64,000 nucleotides of DNA from an uncultured Gammaproteobacteria bacterium (GTDB taxonomy: Bacteria > Patescibacteriota > Microgenomatia > UBA10105 > UBA927), in the NCBI GenBank assembly GCA_964527425.1, contig CAZGOA010000002.1, positions 73,346 through 137,345 on the forward strand. Reading direction: 5' to 3'. The position numbers and the translations under genes are program-made. This document shows positions 1-8,777 of this stretch, piece after piece. Below the pieces are notes generated by a model, which was not told the origin of the DNA, ran no database searches, and saw only the letters and a program-made list of their open reading frames with translations. Each line of letters opens with the position of its first letter. Position 1 is the first letter of the stretch.

Positions 1-157
1 CTTCCCGGAAACCAGCTGCTGCAAAATATGTAGTTAACACCGGTCCTAACCTATCTTTTGCTAATTCGTCCATTATTGAATAAATTTCTTGATAATTAAG
101 TGTTTTACCAATTAATTTTTTCTTAATTGCTTCAATTGCTTCTAAATGATCATTCAT
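1..157 (-). CDS. 5' part of a thymidine/AMP phosphorylase family protein (runs off the window edge)
   Basis: Hand translation from ATG at 157 (ATGA overlap with the sortase stop): MNDHLEAIEAIKKKLIGKTLNYQEIYSIMDELAKDRLGPVLTTYFAAAGFRE, resembling the IKKKxxGxxL..EI..I N-terminal helical domain of pyrimidine-nucleoside/AMP phosphorylases. Only 52 codons are visible. Confidence 0.6.
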   Translation of the reverse strand, partial: MNDHLEAIEAIKKKLIGKTLNYQEIYSIMDELAKDRLGPVLTTYFAAAGFRE

Positions 158-849
158 AGTCTTACCAATTTAGCTTTCACATGCAAACGTTGCCAGTAAG
201 TTCCTGGCGGGACACATGTAACTAAAGTAATATACGCATTATCAATTGGTTGATCTAGCATACTTATATCTTCAGGACCCTTCACTTCTAAATTTTCAAC
301 ACGATACCGATACGTTACCTGATCATAATTGAGAAAAATATCATTACCAACTTCAATCGTAGGTAGTGTAGAAAAAATCGTTTTATAATTCTTTGGATTA
401 AAAAATTGAGGCAGTACAGAATGTCCAAAAATTGCTGCATTCCCTATTTCACCAGGCAAAGCTGTTCCACCATAATGAATGAGTGCTTGATTGAGATCAT
501 TACCACCAATCACTACTTCCGCATTTATAATTCCCAATTGAGGAATAGATAATTTGTATATTCTTATTTTAGTATTTACTTTTTCCTGTGGCTTTAAAGG
601 AAGCCAAATATTAGGATCTGTACTAGTATTACTCGTTAATTGCGTATTGTTATCTTCTTTACTATTCCCAAATCCTATTGGAGAAACAACAGTCGTTAGT
701 AATGGAGCTGCAACTACATGAAATGAGACAATTGGCCAAGACACCCAGCCCAATATGCTCATACCTAAACTCATAATTATTAAAGAAATAAGAATAGACC
801 TCCTCATAGGTGGCCTAGGTCGTTTCTTTACATAACGATAAAGAGGCAT
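154..849 (-). CDS. Sortase (class D/E-like)
   Basis: N-terminal TM helix; LSIPQLGI, HYGGTALPGEIGNAAIFGH (catalytic His), ITLVTC (catalytic Cys) and downstream Arg (QRL). Confidence 0.92.
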   Translation of the reverse strand: MPLYRYVKKRPRPPMRRSILISLIIMSLGMSILGWVSWPIVSFHVVAAPLLTTVVSPIGFGNSKEDNNTQLTSNTSTDPNIWLPLKPQEKVNTKIRIYKLSIPQLGIINAEVVIGGNDLNQALIHYGGTALPGEIGNAAIFGHSVLPQFFNPKNYKTIFSTLPTIEVGNDIFLNYDQVTYRYRVENLEVKGPEDISMLDQPIDNAYITLVTCVPPGTYWQRLHVKAKLVRL

Positions 850-852
850 GTA

Positions 853-3117
853 TTATTGAGCTTCAATAGATACAGATAAATTCTGCTGTCTTGAAGGCAG
901 TTTATTAGGAAATAAAGAAAGTGAAGTTTTAATAGATACACCGCCAACACCATTAATATTCTTAATAATAGATTCAGCTTCTGAAATAGATTTTCCTGCT
1001 ATTTGAGAAGTTAAATCCTTTACCTCAAAAGAAGGAATTAACTTTGCTGAGCCTGTAATGGAAATAGAAATTTCACCATTTTTTTCTACTATTGGTTCAT
1101 TCGTGTTAACCTGAATTGAATCTTGGGATAATCTATATCCTTCGGGTATTTCTGCAGACAATGCTTGATTCATAACTGCTTTAATGTCGTCTTCTTTGTA
1201 GGCTGTTCCCTTAATTAAAATAGTTGCCTTCACAGTTAATTCTTTCGCTTCTTGACCAATTTCGTGCGAAAAAGAACGTTCACTTACTTCTGATGTAATG
1301 GTATCTGATATTAACTGTTCTCCTTCACTTACACCGAATCCATTCTTTGCCTGTTCAACTAATTCTGCAGTTAATTGTTTTACCGCGTTATCTTGATCAG
1401 CCCTGCTTACAACAGTAATATCTTTACTCGTTCCCCCCGTAAATGCTTGATCGTTTCTTGCTGTAGCGATACTTGTCGCAATACCGCTAATACTAAACTC
1501 TCGTCCTGAACTAATATTACCCTGTGTACCAATCTCTTTTGCTGTAACAGTACCATTTGCTTTTCCATACGTAATTGTTCCTGCAGCTAAACTCTCACTA
1601 GCAGACGCTATAGAGATATCGTCATCGAGGAGAAAATCAACTGAACCTGCTGAAACAACAGTACCTTTTTTTATTGTCCGAGGAACCTGAGATTTATTAA
1701 AAATAGTGATAGTACCCTTAGCAGGATCTCCAATAGTTTTTTTACCGGTAACTGTAACTACCTTCTCTCCATTTATTGATTCTTCTTTTTCTAGTCCACT
1801 TACTACATCGCCACTTGTTGTTCCATTTGGTTCAATAACAAACGTTTTTTCAGCTTCAACAGTACGTGGAATAACAGTAATTGCTATTGTTGCTTTAGGA
1901 AGAACAATTGAAAAAAGTATAAATCCAACTATAACTAATAGAAGTGGTACCACCACTAACGAAACCATTTTTATCTTCTTCGATTTATTACCATTCACAC
2001 CATTTCTTTTTGTTAAAACGCCTTGTACTACGTGTTTCATTGAATGTATAAGAGGTGAAAATAGTTGAGTTATTTTGTTTTTAGACGGTTTTTTAGCAGA
2101 TTCAACTATATCCTCTTCATCTACTGGACTAAACCCAATATCCTCAGGAGTTACTGGTTCTATATTGTCATATTCTTCCTCAGGTATTGATACTTGTTCT
2201 GTTTTCAATATTTCTTCAGGAGTTTCTTGTTTAGATGAAATCACTTCATTCTGATCTACTACATCATCAGTCGCAGAATCCAAAGGAAGATTCATATCTT
2301 CTTCAACTGGAGTAGATACCGCTGAATCTTCCATGCTTTCTTCTACTTGTGTCTCGTCATTATCCACATCCATGCTTTCAATTAATTCACTTGCACCTGC
2401 ATGTGACACTGCAGCAGCAGCGCCATCCCCTGGCAAAATTTCTGCTTTTGGAAAATGAAGAAAATTCGCTTTTTGCTGCCAATGATACTGTAAAATATCT
2501 CTTTTAGCATCTTCTAGTGTATGTCTATCCGTGCCATATACTAGTATTCTTGCTGGTAGTATTTCGACATCAGTAAACGTACTTAATGCATCTTCTAAAT
2601 GACCAATCAAATTACCTTCCTTGGCAAAAACTCTTTGACCAATAAAATTGCCAACCTTGTAAAGAGTTACTGTTATCCCCTTACTTGTTATCCCCATAAG
2701 TATCATGCTAGGTGGAACACCTTCTTGTTTTTTATACTGGTGAATGATCGCCTGATAAATAGAAACAAATCCTATCGGGGTCAATTCAAGTAATTTTGTT
2801 AGTTCTTTAATGTGAGGTTTAATTTCTTTCTTAACGTCTCCATCTTCAGTTAGGTATTCGGAAGGAAAACCTAATATTACTTTATTTATATTTTCAGACT
2901 TAGTTAAATCTTCAAGCGTTGATACACATTTATCAACAGCTTCTATCCGTTCCTCCCAAGAATCACTCATCAACTCTTGTGTTACTGCTCCTTCAATAAT
3001 GGCTTCTCCTTGCTTTCCTAAAGCCCAACAGGCTGCGTCAATAGCATCAGGATATATTAAAAGTGTAAGAAAAAGCTCTTGTTGTTTATTCCTTCCACTG
3101 AATGACGGCAGTTTCAT
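853..3117 (-). CDS. Membrane protein: degenerate FtsA/actin-like N-domain, acidic linker, TM, baseplate J/gp47-like C-domain
   Basis: N-terminal ~245 aa have FtsA-like layout (VILGFP, LELTPIGFV); single TM near aa 385-407; C-domain AKGTITIFN..TIKKGT..VTAKEIGTQGNI..FTGGT is typical of baseplate-J-like beta domains. Confidence 0.65.
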   Translation of the reverse strand: MKLPSFSGRNKQQELFLTLLIYPDAIDAACWALGKQGEAIIEGAVTQELMSDSWEERIEAVDKCVSTLEDLTKSENINKVILGFPSEYLTEDGDVKKEIKPHIKELTKLLELTPIGFVSIYQAIIHQYKKQEGVPPSMILMGITSKGITVTLYKVGNFIGQRVFAKEGNLIGHLEDALSTFTDVEILPARILVYGTDRHTLEDAKRDILQYHWQQKANFLHFPKAEILPGDGAAAAVSHAGASELIESMDVDNDETQVEESMEDSAVSTPVEEDMNLPLDSATDDVVDQNEVISSKQETPEEILKTEQVSIPEEEYDNIEPVTPEDIGFSPVDEEDIVESAKKPSKNKITQLFSPLIHSMKHVVQGVLTKRNGVNGNKSKKIKMVSLVVVPLLLVIVGFILFSIVLPKATIAITVIPRTVEAEKTFVIEPNGTTSGDVVSGLEKEESINGEKVVTVTGKKTIGDPAKGTITIFNKSQVPRTIKKGTVVSAGSVDFLLDDDISIASASESLAAGTITYGKANGTVTAKEIGTQGNISSGREFSISGIATSIATARNDQAFTGGTSKDITVVSRADQDNAVKQLTAELVEQAKNGFGVSEGEQLISDTITSEVSERSFSHEIGQEAKELTVKATILIKGTAYKEDDIKAVMNQALSAEIPEGYRLSQDSIQVNTNEPIVEKNGEISISITGSAKLIPSFEVKDLTSQIAGKSISEAESIIKNINGVGGVSIKTSLSLFPNKLPSRQQNLSVSIEAQ

Positions 3118-3168
3118 ACTACATTCATACTAGCAACGATTGATTAGAAGGGCAAGAAAAGATGAAGT

Positions 3169-5040
3169 TTAAACAAATGCAGCTTTAAATCTTCTTATAC
3201 CACTTCCAACAGCTTCTTCTTTCAATATTTTAAATACTTTTCCATCATGTTGTAATTCCCCCGTATTCTGTACATGTGGTCCACCACAAAATTCAGCAGA
3301 AAAATAAGAATCAGGAGTAGCATTTTCTGGCTTAATAGATGGATTTAAACCAATAAAATATACATTAACGCGATCAGGATATTTCTGCCCAAACTCCATT
3401 TGAGCTCCGATTCGTTCTGCATCTTTTTTATTCATTACAACAAGTTTTACATCTACAGATTTCTTAATAACTTCATTTACTAACATTTCTATCTTAGTTT
3501 TTTCTTCTTCGGTTAATTTTCTCTGTAAGCTAACATCAATTCTCAACCGTTCTCCAGTAATATTGCTACCTCTTTGTTTTATTGTTGGATCAACAATTTT
3601 TTGCAATGCTGCTAACAATAAGTGATGTGCGGTATGTAGTCTCGTTGTCTGAATGCTATGATCTGCTAATCCACCCTTAAACATGCCAGCTGCTGCCGAT
3701 CTTGATAAATTCTGATGCTTTTTAAATTCTTCTTCAAACTGATCTTTATTTATCTTTTCTCCTTTTTTATTTGCTATTTCTACAATCATTTCCCAAGGAA
3801 ATCCATATGTTTCATACAATGAAAAAGCTTTCTTTCCATCTAATTTATCAATTTTATGAATTTCGTTCATTCCCTTATCTAAAGTTTTACCAAATCGAAT
3901 TCCTTCTTCTTCAATTAATGATTTTATGCTTGAAGCTTGCTTTGCAACATCTGGATATGCATCAGCATAAACCTCAGTGATTGGATCAACTAATTTACCC
4001 AAGTAAGTCCAGTTATTAACAATTCCTAACTGTCTTCCATACATAATAGATCTTCGCAATAATCTTCTTAAGACATATCCTTGTTGCTTATTAGATGGTA
4101 TTACTCCGTCAGACAGTAACATTACAGCACCTCGAATATGATCAACAATAATTCTAAATGCTTTTGTAGATTCACTATGTTCACCATATTTTATGTTTGT
4201 TATTGATTCCAGATAGTGTATTAAAGGAAGAAAAAAATCAGATTTAAACACATCAGAATCATTATTACTTGCAGCAACTATACGCTCTAAACCACCTCCA
4301 AAATCAACATTTTTTTGTGATAATTCAACTAATGATCCGCTTTCAGTTTTTTTGTATTGCATAAACACAGAATTACCGATTTCCATAAATCGTCCACAAT
4401 CACAATTTGGATGACATTTTTGATTTTTCCATTCAGATTGTTCGTGCAATGCTAACTTTTCGCCAAAATCAAAGAAAATTTCACTATCAGGTCCTCCTGG
4501 CTCACCTGGAGGCATTTTTTCAGGTTCTCCACTTCTGCTCCACCAATTTTTTTTTGCAGAATACGAAAATATCCGTTCATTTTCCAATGCGTTTATACCA
4601 ACACTGGAAAATATTTCTTTCCAAATTTCAATAGATGTATCATCTTTAGGAACATTCTCATTCCCTTCAAACACTGTTACATATAATAATTTGGGATCAA
4701 GGCCTATTTCTTTAGTCAAAAATTCAAAACACCAATGGAGTTGCTCTCTTTTAAAATAATCTCCCAACGACCAATTTCCCAACATTTCAAAAAAAGTAGT
4801 ATGTCTATTATCACCAACTTCTTCAATATCCTGTAAACGTACTGCTTTTTGACTATTAACCAAACGCTTTCCAGAAGGATGTGGTTGTCCTAAAAGATAT
4901 GGAACTAACGGTTGCATACCAGAGCTATTAAACAATGTTGTAGGATCATTTTCTGGAACGAGTGAAGCAGACGGTATTTCTGTATGTCCTTTAGATTTAA
5001 AAAAGGAAATATATTTACTACGGATAACCTGAGATTTCAT
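3169..5040 (-). CDS. alaS: Alanine--tRNA ligase (short form, no C-Ala domain)
   Basis: DPTTLFNSSGMQP, HTTFFEMLGNWS, DFGGGLER, editing HTAHH and EFCGGPHV. Start moved to ATG 5040, which has TGcTATAAT 7 nt upstream. Confidence 0.96.
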   Translation of the reverse strand: MKSQVIRSKYISFFKSKGHTEIPSASLVPENDPTTLFNSSGMQPLVPYLLGQPHPSGKRLVNSQKAVRLQDIEEVGDNRHTTFFEMLGNWSLGDYFKREQLHWCFEFLTKEIGLDPKLLYVTVFEGNENVPKDDTSIEIWKEIFSSVGINALENERIFSYSAKKNWWSRSGEPEKMPPGEPGGPDSEIFFDFGEKLALHEQSEWKNQKCHPNCDCGRFMEIGNSVFMQYKKTESGSLVELSQKNVDFGGGLERIVAASNNDSDVFKSDFFLPLIHYLESITNIKYGEHSESTKAFRIIVDHIRGAVMLLSDGVIPSNKQQGYVLRRLLRRSIMYGRQLGIVNNWTYLGKLVDPITEVYADAYPDVAKQASSIKSLIEEEGIRFGKTLDKGMNEIHKIDKLDGKKAFSLYETYGFPWEMIVEIANKKGEKINKDQFEEEFKKHQNLSRSAAAGMFKGGLADHSIQTTRLHTAHHLLLAALQKIVDPTIKQRGSNITGERLRIDVSLQRKLTEEEKTKIEMLVNEVIKKSVDVKLVVMNKKDAERIGAQMEFGQKYPDRVNVYFIGLNPSIKPENATPDSYFSAEFCGGPHVQNTGELQHDGKVFKILKEEAVGSGIRRFKAAFV

Positions 5041-5047
5041 GTGAAGG

Positions 5048-5056
5048 ATTATAGCA
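5048..5056 (-). promoter_or_regulatory. Extended -10 (TGcTATAAT) of alaS, probably leaderless
   Basis: Minus strand reads TGCTATAAT-CCTTCAC-ATG; no SD. Confidence 0.7.
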
Positions 5057-5068
5057 GAAAAGAGTATC

Positions 5069-5455
5069 TCACTTTTTGGGAATATTCTTAAATAGCTTTT
5101 TTCTAATATTTGCAGTTGTTTGACGGCCACGTTCTTGCAAATCTTCAATATGTGACAGAGCACTATCTACACGTTTTACTGTTTCTGTAGACATTTCTTC
5201 TTTTTTTTCCTGGATTTGCTCTGCTACTTTTTCTTTTAATGCCTCACCTTTTTTTATAAGCTCTTTTCCTTGTTCTTCTAAATCGCTTAATTTATCCTGA
5301 AGTTCATCAACAAAATCAGAACCTCTTTGTTGAAGAATTTTTGTTGTTTTTTTGCCTTCTTTAGTCCCAATAAGGAAAATTGTAATGGCACCGATGATAC
5401 CACCCAAGAAAAACCCGAGAATAAATTTTATATCTGGACCTCTATGTTCACTCAT
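5069..5455 (-). CDS. YtxH-like membrane-anchored coiled-coil protein
   Basis: FILGFFLGGIIGA...GTKEGKKT followed by a charged coiled coil. Confidence 0.75.
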   Translation of the reverse strand: MSEHRGPDIKFILGFFLGGIIGAITIFLIGTKEGKKTTKILQQRGSDFVDELQDKLSDLEEQGKELIKKGEALKEKVAEQIQEKKEEMSTETVKRVDSALSHIEDLQERGRQTTANIRKKLFKNIPKK

Positions 5456-5708
5456 CAGATTCACCTTTCTTTTTTAATGAAGTAACAAGTGATAAACCTG
5501 CTTTTATTCCACTCATAAGTCCAGTTACATTATTAAAACCTTCTCCAACTGCTCCAGTTACTCTCCCTGCATCATCAAGCATTTTATTCAAACGAATAAC
5601 CGTCCCTCGTATTTCCTTTAGAATAAACCAGAACTGAATTCCTAAGGCAATAAATAAACTTGTGAGGACAATTGAAATAGCAATTATGACAATTTGTGTT
5701 GGTTCCAT
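5448..5708 (-). CDS. Small membrane protein (YtxG/DUF948-like)
   Basis: N-terminal TM plus amphipathic helix; overlaps the ytxH-like gene as in ytxGH pairs. Confidence 0.55.
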   Translation of the reverse strand: MEPTQIVIIAISIVLTSLFIALGIQFWFILKEIRGTVIRLNKMLDDAGRVTGAVGEGFNNVTGLMSGIKAGLSLVTSLKKKGESDE

Positions 5709-5786
5709 AGGCAGTATTTTTTTATGACTTTATACTATTATGTCAAAATATCAATTTTTTACAACTATAACACTTTGATACATATA

Positions 5787-6437
5787 TTATTCAGATACTT
5801 CTGGCACAGTAATTTCTCGATTAACCTGAGTTGTTTTGCCATAGCGTGATGTTGCCGTAATTACTATAGTATTTTTACCCGGAAAAACTTGGACCTGATC
5901 AAAAAACTTACCATCGTCTCTTACCAAAACACCAATTCCATTTATAGAAACAGTTGCATCTGAATCAGTTTGACCTAATACTTCTATACGAGGAGCATTT
6001 AAGATAGTTTCATTTTCTTTCGGCTGTTCTATAACTAATGTTGGAGGTGCTTGTAAACGTTGGTATTGAACGACAAAATACCCCACAAATAATAACAGTA
6101 AAAAGGTAATGAAAAACACTATGAATCGACTTGGTGTTAATCTAATTCTAGAAGTCTGCAGTTCTTCTTCTGTTTTTTTAGGTAGTAATGCACTTTTAGA
6201 AATCTCGCGAGTCTGTCTCCGTAAAAACGCGAGAACATGCTTACTGTTTAAACCTAAAAACTCACTATAATTTTTTACAAATCCAATTGTATATGCCTGA
6301 GATTCTATTTGTTTAAATTCATCAGTTTCAAGTGCCTCTATATATCTTTTTTGTATTTTTGTTGCTTTTGCAACTTGATCTATAGTAAGACCTTTTTCAA
6401 TTCTGGTTTCTTTGAGTAATTGCCCAACTGTTTTCAT
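5787..6437 (-). CDS. RodZ-like HTH membrane protein with C-terminal Ig-like domain
   Basis: VGQLLKETR..GLTIDQVAKATKIQKRYIEALE..GFVKNYSEFLGL (RodZ-type HTH), TM, beta-rich C-domain; ATGA overlap with ftsK. Confidence 0.8.
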   Translation of the reverse strand: MKTVGQLLKETRIEKGLTIDQVAKATKIQKRYIEALETDEFKQIESQAYTIGFVKNYSEFLGLNSKHVLAFLRRQTREISKSALLPKKTEEELQTSRIRLTPSRFIVFFITFLLLLFVGYFVVQYQRLQAPPTLVIEQPKENETILNAPRIEVLGQTDSDATVSINGIGVLVRDDGKFFDQVQVFPGKNTIVITATSRYGKTTQVNREITVPEVSE

Positions 6438-8614
6438 GATTCTTCATTTTGAGAGAAATATTGTTCAACACTTTTCATTAATACATCTCTTGGTTTACTC
6501 CCTTCACCAGGTCCAATAATTCCAGCCTCCTCCAGTTGATCAAGAATTCTTGCAGCTCTGGCATACCCAACTGATAATCTTCGTTGCAGTAAAGAAGCAG
6601 AAGCCTTATCATGTTGCACCACTAACCGTAAAGCCTCTTCAAACAACTGATCTTTACCATCTACACTGTTTCCACCTCCCCCAGCACTCTTTTTCCCTAC
6701 TGTGCCCTGTTGAGTAAGAACTTCTTCAGTATACGCAACAGGAGGATTTTTCTCTTTTAGGAAGTTAACCAACACATTAATTTCTTTTTCTGAGACATAC
6801 GTGCCTTGTATACGACTGGGCTTAGAAGAATCAGCAGGAATATATAACATGTCCCCTCGACCCAATAATTTTTCTGCTCCAGGTTGATCTAACACTACTC
6901 GAGAATCAATCATTGATGAAACATTAAAAGCAATACGTGATGGAACATTGGCTTTTATTAATCCTGTAATTACATCCACACTTGGTCGTTGTGTAGCCAG
7001 CACTAAATGAATACCTGCTGCACGTGCTTTTTGAGCTAATCGACAGATAGCGTCTTCTACTTCACTTGGAGCATATGCCATCAAGTCTGCCAGCTCGTCA
7101 ATTAAAATTACAATATAAGGCATTGCTTGAAATCCAGATAACTCATTAAACCCTTCAATATTACGAACATTTACTTCAGCAAATTTTTTGTATCTACCTT
7201 CCATTTCATTAACAGCCCAACGCAAGCTCGATAATATTTTATCTGGTTCAACGATAACCGGTGTTAATAAGTGAGGAATCCCATTATATCCAATTAATTC
7301 TACTCGCTTGGGATCAATCATTATTAAACGGACCTCTTGAGGAGTCGTTTTAAACAACAAAGAAGCAATCCAAACATTGATTAACACTGATTTTCCAGAA
7401 CCAGTAGTTCCAGCCACTAATACATGAGGCATACGTGCAATATCCGCTATAAGTGGATTACCTGATACATCTAATCCTAAAGCTACTGACAATTTTGTTT
7501 TTGCTTTTTTCATAACATCAGATTGCAACATGCGTTTTAAAGTGACAAATTCAAGACCTCTATTCGGAATTTCTATACCAACTAGATCTCGTCCAGGAAT
7601 TGGAGCTTCAATACGAACAGATCCTGTAGGAGCAGCTAAAGCTAGGGCTAAATCACTTGAAAGAGACGTAATTTTTGACAACTTTGTCCCAAGGGCTATT
7701 TTTAACGTATACTGGGTAACAGCAGGACCTGCATTTACTTCAGTTACTTTAGCAGAAATGCCAAAACTATCTAACGTTTTTTCTATAATATCTGCGTTTT
7801 GTCTTACATTCCCTCTGTCTGCTTTATGACCAGGACCATCCGATAATATATGCAATGGTGGATATTCCCATGTCATTAATTCATGCGGGACAGTAGCCAT
7901 GGGCATATTTATTTTGATGTCCTGTTTTTCCTCCTTTGGAAGTGCTGTCTGAGAATTAAGAGGCTGCTTAACAGCAGAATTCACCAAAGAGGGAGTTTGC
8001 TTAAGAATAGGTTTCTCATCTACTCCTTTTATTTTTAATTGCTGATTACCCGAAACAGTAAATACTGAATCTTTCTTTTTGGTTACATTTGATAATGTAT
8101 TTCCTAAAGTATCAAATATTCTTTGGAACGTAGTAATAAAAAATCCAACAATTTTATCTAGGGAACTATTAAACGCTATAAGTAAACCTACAACCAAACC
8201 AGTTAACAATACTAACACCGCACCCTGCGTATTCACATAATTGGTAAGAAATAAAAATAATGCCTCCCCGGCTAATCCAGACTGTGTTAACCCAGCAAGC
8301 GAAATTAACAATATTCCTACCCCAATAGAAAACGGTGGTTGAGCTACTGCTGCTTTTAATTTAAAGAATAGAAGACTTAAAAAAACTAGATATGGTGGAA
8401 TAGCAAACATTACCCATCCAAAATTTCCAAACAGCTCCTCACGCAAACTCGTCATAAGACCCCCATCAGCAAAAAAAGAAAGGCTTATGATACCTGCAAT
8501 TAACCAAAACCAAATTGCTGCAACAGTAAATACAGTTTCTTTCTTTAATTTAAACTGATACGGACTTTTTCTTCGTCTATGTCCTGAACTATGTCTCCCG
8601 TGTTTCTTTTTCAT
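6434..8614 (-). CDS. ftsK: DNA translocase FtsK/SpoIIIE
   Basis: N-terminal TMs, PHVLVAGTTGSGKS, IDELAD, LATQRPSVDV, gamma domain ASASLLQRRLSVGYARAAR. Start taken at first ATG (MKKKHG). Confidence 0.96.
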   Translation of the reverse strand: MKKKHGRHSSGHRRRKSPYQFKLKKETVFTVAAIWFWLIAGIISLSFFADGGLMTSLREELFGNFGWVMFAIPPYLVFLSLLFFKLKAAVAQPPFSIGVGILLISLAGLTQSGLAGEALFLFLTNYVNTQGAVLVLLTGLVVGLLIAFNSSLDKIVGFFITTFQRIFDTLGNTLSNVTKKKDSVFTVSGNQQLKIKGVDEKPILKQTPSLVNSAVKQPLNSQTALPKEEKQDIKINMPMATVPHELMTWEYPPLHILSDGPGHKADRGNVRQNADIIEKTLDSFGISAKVTEVNAGPAVTQYTLKIALGTKLSKITSLSSDLALALAAPTGSVRIEAPIPGRDLVGIEIPNRGLEFVTLKRMLQSDVMKKAKTKLSVALGLDVSGNPLIADIARMPHVLVAGTTGSGKSVLINVWIASLLFKTTPQEVRLIMIDPKRVELIGYNGIPHLLTPVIVEPDKILSSLRWAVNEMEGRYKKFAEVNVRNIEGFNELSGFQAMPYIVILIDELADLMAYAPSEVEDAICRLAQKARAAGIHLVLATQRPSVDVITGLIKANVPSRIAFNVSSMIDSRVVLDQPGAEKLLGRGDMLYIPADSSKPSRIQGTYVSEKEINVLVNFLKEKNPPVAYTEEVLTQQGTVGKKSAGGGGNSVDGKDQLFEEALRLVVQHDKASASLLQRRLSVGYARAARILDQLEEAGIIGPGEGSKPRDVLMKSVEQYFSQNEES

Positions 8615-8668
8615 AAAGTACTCTAATGAACCTAGTATAGGCGTAACTTCGCGCGCATTCAACCAATA

Positions 8669-8677
8669 TGCTATAAT
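8669..8677 (+). promoter_or_regulatory. Extended -10 (TGcTATAAT) for typA
   Basis: Consensus match about 100 nt upstream of the typA ATG. Confidence 0.6.
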
Positions 8678-8682
8678 AGCCT

Positions 8683-8774
8683 AGAATCAAGAAGTAAGAT
8701 TAAAGAATCGAGGAATATTACTGTCCTTTTTTTCCCTGATTCTTGATTCCTTACTACTTTGGTTCTTTTTTTTT
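8683..8774 (+). repeat. Degenerate heptamer repeats forming an inverted-repeat hairpin in the typA leader, followed by T9
   Basis: AGAATCA-AGAAGTA-AGATTAA-AGAATCG, then TGATTCT-TGATTCC-TTACTAC; GAATCAAGAA (8684-8693) is the exact reverse complement of TTCTTGATTC (8740-8749). Confidence 0.6.
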
Positions 8775-8777
8775 GTT

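Noticed and set aside
853-3117. Prophage or contractile injection system suggested by the baseplate-J-like domain
   Set aside because: No sheath, tube, capsid, terminase or integrase genes; the context is housekeeping.
5041-5163. N-terminal extension of AlaRS in the ORF track (likewise for ftsK, pnp, murJ, dnaJ, dnaK and the PEGA protein)
   Set aside because: The extensions overlap neighbours or promoters; homology and -10/SD position favour the downstream ATGs.
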